Assembly (NCBI GenBank): GCA_015662865.1
Contig: DQTH01000232.1
Coordinates: 1-57,865, forward strand
Reading direction: 5' to 3'
Source: Desulfocapsa sulfexigens
Lineage (GTDB): Bacteria; Desulfobacterota; Desulfobulbia; Desulfobulbales; Desulfocapsaceae
Length of the DNA: 57,865 nucleotides
The translations under genes and the position numbers were made by a program. This document shows positions 38,544-48,003 of this stretch, one piece after another (positions within the stretch are counted from its first letter, which is position 1; every line of letters begins with the position of its first letter). The notes beneath the pieces are model-generated. The model had not been told where the DNA came from, did not search any database, and was given only the letters and a program-made list of their open reading frames with translations.

Positions 38544-39476
38544 TCAGCCACCTCGTACATACGGTTTTGTCAGCGCGGCAGGTTGTTTAAACCTCTTTGC
38601 AACGACAACAAGTGCTAAAATGGTAATAATGGCCGGAGCCATGGCAGCAAGATCAGACGCACTGCGGGGGATGACCCCAAAAGTCTTGCACTGCAGGACA
38701 ATTGCCTGCACAAGCCCGAAAACAAGGGAACCGATCATTACACCCTTGGGGCTCCATGCTCCGAAATACACCAGGGCAATGGCGATAAAACCCATAGCAT
38801 TGGTCAGGTTCTGCTGAAAAATACCAAGTTCAATGGCAAGGGCGGCACCGGCAAGACCAGCAAGACCATTGCCGATAATGATGGCCGAGTATCTGGTGGC
38901 CATGACACTGACACCAAGGCTGTCTGCGGCCTCAGGATTTTCCCCGATGGCACGGATATTAAGTCCGTAGGTTGTGCGATGGAGCACAAAACTCATGACA
39001 GGTACCAGGGCAAAGGCAATATACACGATAATGGAATGCTGGAATAGCATTTCTCCCACTATGGGAAGACCTGACAGCACAGGAATGTCAAGGGGCATGA
39101 AGGGCAGGATAGGCCGCGGGGTTCCAACAAATTTCTGGAACAGCAGGTCACTCATGCCAAGGCCGAAAAGGTATATTCCAATACCACTGACTCCCTGTTC
39201 TGCCCGCAGGTTGAGGGTGATAAAAGCATAAAAGAGGCCGATAATAAGACCAAGGCCAATACCGACCAGCAGACCGTAGTAGAGATTATTGGTCTGTAAA
39301 ACCATGTAGTAGGCGCCAAATGCACCAAGAAGCATAACTCCATCAACACCAAGGTTGAGCACACCACTTCTCTGACCCAGTGCCTCACCAAGGGAGGCCA
39401 GCAGAAAAGGGGTAGCCAGCCGGATTCCAGAGGCTATAGTTGCGACAATGATCATCACTGCAAATGAATCATTCAT
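38544..39476 (-). CDS. Nucleoside ABC transporter permease
   Basis: RSGVLNLGVDG, RAIGENPEAADSLG, GFIAIALVYFG. Confidence 0.92.
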   Translation of the reverse strand: MNDSFAVMIIVATIASGIRLATPFLLASLGEALGQRSGVLNLGVDGVMLLGAFGAYYMVLQTNNLYYGLLVGIGLGLIIGLFYAFITLNLRAEQGVSGIGIYLFGLGMSDLLFQKFVGTPRPILPFMPLDIPVLSGLPIVGEMLFQHSIIVYIAFALVPVMSFVLHRTTYGLNIRAIGENPEAADSLGVSVMATRYSAIIIGNGLAGLAGAALAIELGIFQQNLTNAMGFIAIALVYFGAWSPKGVMIGSLVFGLVQAIVLQCKTFGVIPRSASDLAAMAPAIITILALVVVAKRFKQPAALTKPYVRGG

Positions 39477-40575
39477 GGGAGCCTCCTGCAGGTGTATCTT
39501 CCTCATCCACTATATCCACGCGGCCGGATTCAAGGAAGCGCTGTTTGAAATATTCCGAGCTGACAACAAATACTACGATTAAACCGTTCAGGGCAATGAT
39601 CAGCGCCGAAGGCACCTGGGCAGCCCTCTGCAGGGCGTTGGCACCAACCAGCATACCGCCGAACAGGAGAGCCGAAGGAATTGACCAGATGGGATGAAGC
39701 CCTGCAAGCAGTGCCACAACAATGCCGTTAAATCCGGCACTGCCTGTAAAACCGGTGGAGCCGCCGTCTGTAACCATTCTGTGGGATTCGCTGCCGAAAA
39801 CCAGGATGGCACCGGCAATTCCGGCCATGGCACCACTGAAAGCCAGCGCTGAAGTTACATTTTTAGGAACGGATATTCCTGCATAGCGTGAGGCATCCGG
39901 ATTATAACCAACTGCCCGAAGGCGATAGCCCATTGCAGTCCGCCATAGGAGAAAATAGGCACCAACAGCCACAAGCAGGGCAACAACAACACCAAGGTGC
40001 ATGCGCATTCCTTCCAGCAGGATCGGCAGATCCGCATTTTCAGAGAGACGCATGGTCTGCGGGATCCCTGTTCCCCTGGCAACTTCAGCAGGATCAATCA
40101 TGAAGCCGCGCAGCAGGAAGTTCATAAACTGCACGGCAACAATGTTGAGCATGATGGTACTGAGTATTTCACTAACATTAAAATAGGCTTTTAAGGCTCC
40201 GGCGATTGAACCCCAGAAAGCCCCTCCAACGGCCCCTGCTATGAGTACCATGGGGATAAGCATCAGGGACGGCAGGCCGGGGAAAGCCAGAGCAACCGCC
40301 GTTGCCAGCAGGGCACCCATAACCATCTGTCCCTCTCCACCGATGTTAATAACGTTGGCACGGAAGGCGATACAGATACCGACTCCTACCAGGAGCAAAG
40401 GAATGGATTTAACCGCAGTTTCGGAAAAACCTTCCAGGCTGCCAAAGGCGGCGCCGAACATGGTTACATAGCCGCTTATTGGATTTGCTCCAAGAGAGAG
40501 CAGCATGATGGCACCGATCATAAGTGCCAGTAGTACAGCACATAAGGGGATGATCAGGCTGATAAATGATTTCAT
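39469..40575 (-). CDS. Nucleoside ABC transporter permease
   Basis: NIGGEGQ, EILSTIMLN, RAVGYNPDASRYAG. Confidence 0.92.
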   Translation of the reverse strand: MKSFISLIIPLCAVLLALMIGAIMLLSLGANPISGYVTMFGAAFGSLEGFSETAVKSIPLLLVGVGICIAFRANVINIGGEGQMVMGALLATAVALAFPGLPSLMLIPMVLIAGAVGGAFWGSIAGALKAYFNVSEILSTIMLNIVAVQFMNFLLRGFMIDPAEVARGTGIPQTMRLSENADLPILLEGMRMHLGVVVALLVAVGAYFLLWRTAMGYRLRAVGYNPDASRYAGISVPKNVTSALAFSGAMAGIAGAILVFGSESHRMVTDGGSTGFTGSAGFNGIVVALLAGLHPIWSIPSALLFGGMLVGANALQRAAQVPSALIIALNGLIVVFVVSSEYFKQRFLESGRVDIVDEEDTPAGGSHE

Positions 40576-40602
40576 TTTTTATTGTTTCTTGATTATCTGG
40601 AC

Positions 40603-40641
40603 AAAAAAAGGGGGAGACAACTGGTCAAAATGTATCTCCCC
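40603..40641 (-). terminator. Hairpin plus T-tract after BMP gene
   Basis: GGGGAGA…TCTCCCC stem with T7 on minus strand. Confidence 0.65.
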
Positions 40642-40655
40642 TGTCGTTTGATTTA

Positions 40656-41741
40656 TTATTTGGGGATATTCCCGAGAACACCTTCAACATAGTAGTTCAT
40701 ACCAAGAAGATCCTTGTCGGTGAGGGATTTTCCGGCTTCAACAACAACTTTTCCACTCTGATCCTTGATGGGACCGTGAAAGGGGTGAAAGGAGCCGTCA
40801 GCAATCCCTTTCTTTGTTTTTTCTACAAGTGCCACAACATCTGCAGGTACTGCAGGATTGAAGGGGGCAAGCTCAATGGAGCCTTCTTTTATACCGCTCC
40901 ATACTGCTTCAGGTTTCCATGTTTTATCAAGCACAGCCTGGGTTGTTTTGGTGTAGAAATCGCCATAGACGTGTGTGGCTGCAGTGAGGTGGGCTTTGGG
41001 GCCATACTTGGACATATCAGAGTGATAGGCGATGGCGTACACACCTTTTTCTTCAGCGGTAAGTACTGCCGCAGTGGAATCGGTATGATGGGTGATAACA
41101 TCTGCACCCTGGGTAATAAGAGCTTCAGATGCTTCACGCTCTTTGCCCGGATCAAACCATGAATTTACCCAGATGACCTTTACTTTGATATCGGGATTAA
41201 CAGATCTGGCACCAAGGGTAAATGCGTTGATTCCTCTGATTACTTCAGGGATGGGGAAGGCTGCCACATAACCGAGGATATTGGATTTGGTCATCTTACC
41301 GGCGACGATTCCGGTCAGGTAACGTCCTTCGTAGAATCTGCACATATAAGTGCCCACGTTTTTGGCTGTTTTGTAGCCGGTGGAATGCTCAAAATGTTTT
41401 TTCGGGAACATTTTGGCAACTTTAAGGGTGGGGTTCATATAACCAAAAGAGGTTGTGAAAATCAGATCGTGGCCACTTTTGGCAAGATCCCTGATGACGC
41501 GTTCGGCCTCGGGGCCTTCGGGAACACCTTCGATAAATTTAGTTTCAATTTTATCACCAAGATTTTTTTCAAGCGCCAGCCTGCCGAGATCATGCTGGTA
41601 AGTCCATCCCGCATCTCCAATGGGACTGATATAGACAAAGCCTACTTTAAGCTTATCTCCGGCTGATGCAGACAGGGAAAATCCTGCCACACATGCAAGA
41701 AGAATAAAAACTGATAAGACATGCTTTTTTGTGATTGCCAT
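40656..41741 (-). CDS. BMP-family purine-binding protein
   Basis: VGFVYISPIGDAGWTYQHD, TTSFGY, PIPEVIRGINAF, WFDPGKE. Confidence 0.92.
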   Translation of the reverse strand: MAITKKHVLSVFILLACVAGFSLSASAGDKLKVGFVYISPIGDAGWTYQHDLGRLALEKNLGDKIETKFIEGVPEGPEAERVIRDLAKSGHDLIFTTSFGYMNPTLKVAKMFPKKHFEHSTGYKTAKNVGTYMCRFYEGRYLTGIVAGKMTKSNILGYVAAFPIPEVIRGINAFTLGARSVNPDIKVKVIWVNSWFDPGKEREASEALITQGADVITHHTDSTAAVLTAEEKGVYAIAYHSDMSKYGPKAHLTAATHVYGDFYTKTTQAVLDKTWKPEAVWSGIKEGSIELAPFNPAVPADVVALVEKTKKGIADGSFHPFHGPIKDQSGKVVVEAGKSLTDKDLLGMNYYVEGVLGNIPK

Positions 41742-41767
41742 CTGTTTCTCCTTTTGTTTAAAAAAAA

Positions 41768-42697
41768 TTATTGGTTGTCAGGATGATACGTTATACCCAG
41801 CGAAGCAGGTGAATTCAATCGTATTGTATTTTGATCCCTAGAAATTAAGACAAGTACGACGATGGTGGCGATATAGGGTAGCATGGATAAAAGCTGGGAT
41901 GGAATTTCAATACCAAAACCCTGTACATGAAACTGAGCAATGGTAATACCGCCAAACAGGTAGGCGCCAGCCATAACCCTTGCCGGTCTCCATGTGGCAA
42001 ACACCACAAGAGCAAGAGACACCCAGCCCCTTCCCGCAACCATACCTTCAACCCACATGGGCGTATAGGCAACTGAAAGATATGCTCCGCCAAGTCCTGC
42101 CATGGCTCCGCCAAACAGGACAGCAAGGTACCTGATTTTGATCACGTTATAGCCCAGCGCATGGGCGGATTTCGGTGCTTCCCCGATACCTCGTAGAATA
42201 AGTCCGGCCTTTGTTTTATATAAAAACCAGGAGACAGCTGCAAACAGGACAAATGAGCTGTAAATTAAAATATCATGTGAAAAAAGAAGCTGCCCTATTA
42301 CTGGGATATCACTCAAAACAGGAATGTGTAATTCTTTAACTCCGGGAAGAGCGATACTTGTATATTTCAGACCCAGAAAGGCACTTAAGCCCACTCCGAA
42401 AATGGTGAGGGCAAGACCACTTGCCACTTGGTTGGCCATCAAGGTTAGGGTTAAGACTGCAAATATGCATGCCATGAGTGCACCTGCAGACATTCCGCAA
42501 AGGACAGCCACCAGCAGGCTGCCTGTCTTGGTCATGGCAATAAATCCGCTTATTGCCCCAACCAGCATCATGCCTTCAACGCCCAGGTTAAGTACGCCTG
42601 ATTTCTCAGTGACAAGTTCGCCAAGGGCCGCATACACAAACGGGGTTCCAGCTGCAATTGCCGCAACCAGTATATGGATAAAGATATCAAAATCCAT
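41768..42697 (-). CDS. Purine/nucleoside ABC transporter permease
   Basis: EKSGVLNLGVEG, ANQVASGLAL, GRGWVSLALVVFATWRP. Confidence 0.92.
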   Translation of the reverse strand: MDFDIFIHILVAAIAAGTPFVYAALGELVTEKSGVLNLGVEGMMLVGAISGFIAMTKTGSLLVAVLCGMSAGALMACIFAVLTLTLMANQVASGLALTIFGVGLSAFLGLKYTSIALPGVKELHIPVLSDIPVIGQLLFSHDILIYSSFVLFAAVSWFLYKTKAGLILRGIGEAPKSAHALGYNVIKIRYLAVLFGGAMAGLGGAYLSVAYTPMWVEGMVAGRGWVSLALVVFATWRPARVMAGAYLFGGITIAQFHVQGFGIEIPSQLLSMLPYIATIVVLVLISRDQNTIRLNSPASLGITYHPDNQ

Positions 42698-43773
42698 CAG
42701 TCGGCCTCCTGCTGCAAAGTATTGAGGCGTATCCGGTAATTAATGAGAAAATCCGCAGCAAGAAGATAGAAGAGCAGCAGACCCTGAAAGATTCCGGTGA
42801 CCGCAGACGGCAGGTCGAGATTCATCTGGCCGGATTCTCCGCCCAGATACAGGAGGGCCATGAGAAGGCTTGAAAGAAAAATTCCTCCGGGATGCAGTCT
42901 TCCCACGAAGGCAACAATGATAGCAGCATAGCCGTATCCCGGGGAAACAGAAGGCAGTAATTGGCCAATGGGGCCAGCAATCTCAAGCACTCCGGCAATA
43001 CCTGCCGTGACACCACCTGATAATAAACCAATCCAGATCAATTTTTTGTATTTATAGCCAGCATATGTTGCAGCTTTTTGCGCAAGACCAGCCACCTGGA
43101 TCTGGTATCCGGTGAAACTTTTGAGCAAAAATACCCAGCCAACAACAACACCGGCCAGAGAGAGAAAAACGCCAAGATGAAGCCGTGTTCCTTCAAGAAG
43201 AACAGGAAGAATGGCGGAATCAGCGAAAAGCACAGACTGAGGGAATCCGTAACCGTTGGGATCTCTCAAGGGGCCGTGCACCAGCATGGCAAGGAGCAGA
43301 ATTGCCACATAATTAAGCATCAGGGAGACGAGAATCTCATTGGCATTGAAAACGGTTTTCAGAAAAGCCGGGATGGATGCCCAGAGAATCCCGCCCACCG
43401 CACCGGCAAGAATCATCAGTGGCAGAATAAAAAATCCGCTGCTGTCATTGAAGATAATTGCAATATAGCCGCCAAGTATGGCGCCAATGGCAAGCTGGCC
43501 TTCTGCTCCGATATTCCAGATACTTGCCCTGAAGCCCACCGCGAGTCCTGTGCCTATAAGCATGAGGGGCGAGGCTTTTATAAAGAGTTCGCCAATGCCG
43601 TACAGATCATTTACCGGTTCTATGAAAAAGGCGTGAAAGGCGCTGGCAGGATTTTTACCAAGCAGGGTAAAAATAATGAGCCCGCTGACGAGCATGAGTG
43701 CTGCCGCAAGCAGGGGGGAAAGATATTTCATAGCCCTTGACGGTTCAGGCCGTGGTTCGATTTTAATGAACAT
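42697..43773 (-). CDS. Purine/nucleoside ABC transporter permease
   Basis: WNIGAEGQ, ANEILVSLMLNY, GYGYAAIIVAFVGRLHP. Confidence 0.92.
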   Translation of the reverse strand: MFIKIEPRPEPSRAMKYLSPLLAAALMLVSGLIIFTLLGKNPASAFHAFFIEPVNDLYGIGELFIKASPLMLIGTGLAVGFRASIWNIGAEGQLAIGAILGGYIAIIFNDSSGFFILPLMILAGAVGGILWASIPAFLKTVFNANEILVSLMLNYVAILLLAMLVHGPLRDPNGYGFPQSVLFADSAILPVLLEGTRLHLGVFLSLAGVVVGWVFLLKSFTGYQIQVAGLAQKAATYAGYKYKKLIWIGLLSGGVTAGIAGVLEIAGPIGQLLPSVSPGYGYAAIIVAFVGRLHPGGIFLSSLLMALLYLGGESGQMNLDLPSAVTGIFQGLLLFYLLAADFLINYRIRLNTLQQEAD

Positions 43774-45328
43774 GATACTCCTGACCCTGTTCTGATTCAT
43801 TCACTGCGGCCTCAGCAGGGCCACCCGGAAACATACCGCTCATCCACAGTCCTATTTCCTCTTTGGAGGTTTCTTCCACAGGAACTGATGGTGACACATG
43901 ACCTTCGGCAATGACAATGAGGCGGTCGCATATTTCAAAGAGTTCATCCAGCTCCTCGGATACCACCAGCACCGCGGAACCGTTGTTGCGCAGATCGATC
44001 ATGGACTGGCGTATGATGTTGGCGGCGCCTATATCCACTCCCCAGGTGGGCTGTGACACGATAAGCAGTTTTGGCGCCTGCTGGATTTCCCGTCCGGTAA
44101 TATATTTCTGTATATTGCCACCGGACAGGCTTGTGATGGGATCATCCTTGGAACCGCATTTGACTGCAAAATCAGCAATACATTTTTTCGCAAAATCAGA
44201 AGCTTTCGTAAATTTCAGCAAGCCTTTTTTCACCATTCCGTGCCGGTGGGCGGTGAGAATCGCATTATCCGAAAGTGACATACCTGGTACCGCACCTCGG
44301 CCAAGACGTTCCTCCGGGACGAATCCCAGGCCCCTGTTTCGTCTATCATCAGGATTTAAATGACCCACAGGGTCACCGCATATGGTGATGGCGCCATTAT
44401 CCTCCACAGGCCTCTCTCCACTGAGTGCATACAGTAACTCCTGCTGGCCGTTACCCGATATACCGGCAATACCCAATATTTCCCCGCCATGAACAGAAAA
44501 ACTGATGTTTTTCAGATTGGTGCCAAACTGATCGGCAGAGCTTTTGGACAGGTTGCTGACTCCAAGATATTCGCTGCCGAGGTTTTTGGGTTTTTCATGC
44601 GAACAGACAGGAAGTTCCTTGCCTATCATCATTCTGGCCAGACTTGAGGCTGTTTCATTGGCTGGGATTGCATAACCGGTGACTCTGCCACCGCGAATTA
44701 TGGTGGCACTGTGGCATAATTCCATGATTTCATCGAGTTTATGGCTGATATAGAGAATGGAGCAGCCTTCATCTGCCAGGCGGCGCAGAGTTTCGAACAT
44801 CTTGCGGACGGCCTGGGGAGTTAAAACAGATGTGGGCTCATCCATGATCAGCAGTTTGGGTTGCTGGAGGAGGCATCTTAGTATTTCAACCCTTTGACGG
44901 AGACCAACAGACAGGGAATGGACAAGACGGCCAGGATCCAGGGGGAGTCCATATTCCTCCGAGACATTTTTTATGCGGCTGGCCAGTGTTTCAAGGCTTT
45001 TGTAATCATCCATTGCAAGAGCAATGTTCTCGGTTACAGTCAATGTCTCAAATAGTGAAAAATGCTGAAAAACCATGCCGATACCAAGTTTTCTGGCATG
45101 GGCGGGATTCTGGATGGAAACCACTTCTCCATTCCATAAAATTTGCCCTTTGTCCGGTTTTACAACACCGTAAATTGCCTTCATCAGGGTACTTTTCCCT
45201 GCTCCATTCTCACCGAGCACAGCATGGATCTCCCCAGGAGCAATTGTCATGTCAATGGAGTCATTGGCAATGACAGAGGGGTAGATTTTAGTCATCCCTT
45301 TTAGCTGAAGGCGTGGTGTTGTGTTCAT
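43763..45328 (-). CDS. Purine/nucleoside ABC transporter ATP-binding protein
   Basis: [35 protein letters not shown]. Confidence 0.93.
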   Translation of the reverse strand: MNTTPRLQLKGMTKIYPSVIANDSIDMTIAPGEIHAVLGENGAGKSTLMKAIYGVVKPDKGQILWNGEVVSIQNPAHARKLGIGMVFQHFSLFETLTVTENIALAMDDYKSLETLASRIKNVSEEYGLPLDPGRLVHSLSVGLRQRVEILRCLLQQPKLLIMDEPTSVLTPQAVRKMFETLRRLADEGCSILYISHKLDEIMELCHSATIIRGGRVTGYAIPANETASSLARMMIGKELPVCSHEKPKNLGSEYLGVSNLSKSSADQFGTNLKNISFSVHGGEILGIAGISGNGQQELLYALSGERPVEDNGAITICGDPVGHLNPDDRRNRGLGFVPEERLGRGAVPGMSLSDNAILTAHRHGMVKKGLLKFTKASDFAKKCIADFAVKCGSKDDPITSLSGGNIQKYITGREIQQAPKLLIVSQPTWGVDIGAANIIRQSMIDLRNNGSAVLVVSEELDELFEICDRLIVIAEGHVSPSVPVEETSKEEIGLWMSGMFPGGPAEAAVNESEQGQEYHVH

Positions 45329-46644
45329 GATTCTTCCCGTTTGTGCACAAGTTGACCATACACATAGGTATGTGCAATATTTCTATCATCACCAAGTATG
45401 ATGAGACTAAATAATAAATCCTCTATGTTCCGTGATTTTTTTGTGCGCTTGGCCTGGAGAGCTGTTGCTTTAGGATCAAGCACCACAAAATCAGCCTCTT
45501 TGCCAACATCAAAATTACCGATCAGGTGATCCAGAGAAAGCGCTTTGGCACCACCCAGAGTTGCCAGATAAAAAGCTTCATAGGCTGAAAATTTCTGTTT
45601 TTGCAGCTGCATCACTTTGTAAGCTTCATTTAAGGTCTGCAGCATATTAAATGATGTGCCGCCCCCAACGTCAGTGGCCATACCAACTTTCACATTGTTT
45701 TCCCGGGCACGGTGCAGATTAAATAAACCACTTCCCAGGAAGAGATTGGATGTGGGACAAAAGGCAATGGCAGAATCCGTATCCTGCAGACATTGCCATT
45801 CCCTGTCTTCCAGATGAAGGCAGTGGGCAAAGACACTTCGTGAACCGGTTAAGCCATAATGATGGTAGACATCCAGGTAGTTTTCCCGCTCCGGAAATAA
45901 TTCTTTTACCCACAGGATTTCCTCCCTGTTTTCAGAGAGGTGCGTATGCAGATAGGTGTCCGGATATTCTTGTTTCAGTTTGCCTGCCATCTCCAGCTGT
46001 TTTGACGTTGACGTGGGGGCAAAACGGGGAGTAATGGCATAGAGCAGCCTCCCCTTTTTATGCCATTTCTCAATCAGTTTTTTGCTTTCGCTATATCCTG
46101 TTTCAGGTGTATCGAGCAGCTCTTTCGGGGCGTTGCGGTCCATCAGCACTTTGCCCGCAATAATACGCATGTTTTTTTTGTCCGCAGCGCTGAAAAGTGC
46201 GTCCACCGACTCGGGATGAACAGTACAGAACACAAGAGCTGTGGTGGTTCCGTTTCGTAGAAGCTGACCCACAAAAAAGTCTGCCATCTCTGCCGCATAG
46301 CTTTTATCCCCGTACTGTTTTTCAGCAGGGAAGGCATAGTTGTTCAGCCATTCCAGCAGCTGTTCACCATATGCCCCTATGATTTCAGCCTGCGGGTAGT
46401 GGATATGAGTATCGATAAAACCAGGCACGATCAGTTTGCCCCGGTGGTCTTGAACAGCACAATTTTGAGGGAGTTTTTCTTTCCCCTCATGCCAGTCGCC
46501 AAACCCGTCAATGTGCCCATCTTTAACCAGCAGCAGGCCATCTTCAAAATGTCGAATATCAAGCTCTGAGGGAGATTCGACAACTCCAGTAATATCGAGA
46601 AACCGGCCTCTGACAGCCAATATGGATTGTTTCTCTCTCGTCAT
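45325..46644 (-). CDS. guaD: Guanine deaminase
   Basis: PGFIDTHIHYPQ, YAITPRFAPTS, HTHLSEN, CPTSNLFLGSG, TDVGGGTS. Confidence 0.95.
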   Translation of the reverse strand: MTREKQSILAVRGRFLDITGVVESPSELDIRHFEDGLLLVKDGHIDGFGDWHEGKEKLPQNCAVQDHRGKLIVPGFIDTHIHYPQAEIIGAYGEQLLEWLNNYAFPAEKQYGDKSYAAEMADFFVGQLLRNGTTTALVFCTVHPESVDALFSAADKKNMRIIAGKVLMDRNAPKELLDTPETGYSESKKLIEKWHKKGRLLYAITPRFAPTSTSKQLEMAGKLKQEYPDTYLHTHLSENREEILWVKELFPERENYLDVYHHYGLTGSRSVFAHCLHLEDREWQCLQDTDSAIAFCPTSNLFLGSGLFNLHRARENNVKVGMATDVGGGTSFNMLQTLNEAYKVMQLQKQKFSAYEAFYLATLGGAKALSLDHLIGNFDVGKEADFVVLDPKATALQAKRTKKSRNIEDLLFSLIILGDDRNIAHTYVYGQLVHKREES

Positions 46645-47108
46645 TTTTTACCGGCAGTGATGGCAGCATTAATTATGGTCTGGTATCCGGTGCAGCGACA
46701 GAGATTTCCGGCATGACCTTTCTTGACCTCTTCACGGGAAAGTTTCTTTCCCTTGTTTTTTTCCAAAAATGAGGTCGTGGCCATGATGAGTCCGGGAGTG
46801 CAGAAACCACACTGGACAGCTCCCTCTTCTACATATGCCTCCTGCACAGGAGAAAGCCTGCCGTCTTTGCACTCGCCTTCTGCAGTGCGGATCGCTTTGT
46901 TATTTGCCCAGACAGCCAGGTAGAGGCAGGAGTCAACACTGACGTCGTCCACAAGAACCGTGCAGGCTCCACACTCGCCAACACCGCATCCCTGTTTTAC
47001 ACTGGTGAATCCCATTTCCCGGAGCAGATCCATCAGTGACTTGCGGATATCCACATCCATTTCATACTTTTTATTATTAATGGTCAGTTTGATATTTATG
47101 GTCTGCAT
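46641..47108 (-). CDS. xdhC: Xanthine dehydrogenase 2x[2Fe-2S] subunit
   Basis: GCGVGECGACTV, QCGFCTPG, GNLCRCTGY; TGATG coupling to xdhB. Confidence 0.93.
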   Translation of the reverse strand: MQTINIKLTINNKKYEMDVDIRKSLMDLLREMGFTSVKQGCGVGECGACTVLVDDVSVDSCLYLAVWANNKAIRTAEGECKDGRLSPVQEAYVEEGAVQCGFCTPGLIMATTSFLEKNKGKKLSREEVKKGHAGNLCRCTGYQTIINAAITAGKK

Positions 47109-47983
47109 CAGCATGCACCTCCCTGATTTTCCACAGCCTGTTTTGTTACTCTTTTAGCAAGCGTCCGGATAATATGGAGGCGAAACTCTTTGGTGGCCCG
47201 CCAGGATGTTCGCGGCTTGACATCTTCTTCAACAGCGTCGGCAATGGCCTCCAGCGTTTCATCGGTGGGGATCTGCTTTTCCGCTGCTTTTTCCGCATTT
47301 GGACAACGAATGGGAGTTGGTGCGGCAACCGCAAAGGCAAGTTTCAAGGTATCAATATATTGCCCGTCCATCCTGAGCATTGCTCCGCAGCCGATGGTGG
47401 CAATGTCCATGGCTCCCCGCATGGCATATTTTATATATGATCCGCTGAAGCCCTCATACTGTTCAGGCCGGACCAGAAAATATTTGAGCAGGTCGCTGTG
47501 GTTCAGAATTGTTCGACCGGGACCAGTGTGAAACCCGTTAATGGACTCCATACGTTCACCTTCACGGCCCTCAATGACAAGGTCAAACTCGTGCACAAGG
47601 GCTGCACAACCACTGTCTGCACTCACCGCACCATTGCAGATATTTCCGCCCATGGTTGCAGTGTTGCGAACCTGTGGACCGCCAATGGTAGCAAGGGATT
47701 CAACTAGCATGGGCAGATGCTTTCTGATGATTTCATGTTCCATAATCTCAGTACAGGTGGCAAGTGAGCCGATATAGATGTTGCCATCATCGTCAATTCT
47801 GATTTCTTTGAGTTTGTTCAGGCCATTTATGTCCACAAGGCAGCCGTACTCAGTGTCACCCTCATGGAGACGTACCAGGACATCTGTGCCGCCTGCAATA
47901 ATTTTCGACTTTTCATCAGCTGCAAGTGCCTGAATGGCATCGTCCACGCTGCTTGCGTAATGATATTTTTCAATTGGAAACAT
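47108..47983 (-). CDS. xdhB: Xanthine dehydrogenase FAD-binding subunit
   Basis: IAGGTDV, GGPQVRNTATMGGN, KYAMRGAMDIA. Confidence 0.93.
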   Translation of the reverse strand: MFPIEKYHYASSVDDAIQALAADEKSKIIAGGTDVLVRLHEGDTEYGCLVDINGLNKLKEIRIDDDGNIYIGSLATCTEIMEHEIIRKHLPMLVESLATIGGPQVRNTATMGGNICNGAVSADSGCAALVHEFDLVIEGREGERMESINGFHTGPGRTILNHSDLLKYFLVRPEQYEGFSGSYIKYAMRGAMDIATIGCGAMLRMDGQYIDTLKLAFAVAAPTPIRCPNAEKAAEKQIPTDETLEAIADAVEEDVKPRTSWRATKEFRLHIIRTLAKRVTKQAVENQGGAC

Positions 47984-48003
47984 TGTCTACTCTCTCAGCT
48001 ATC

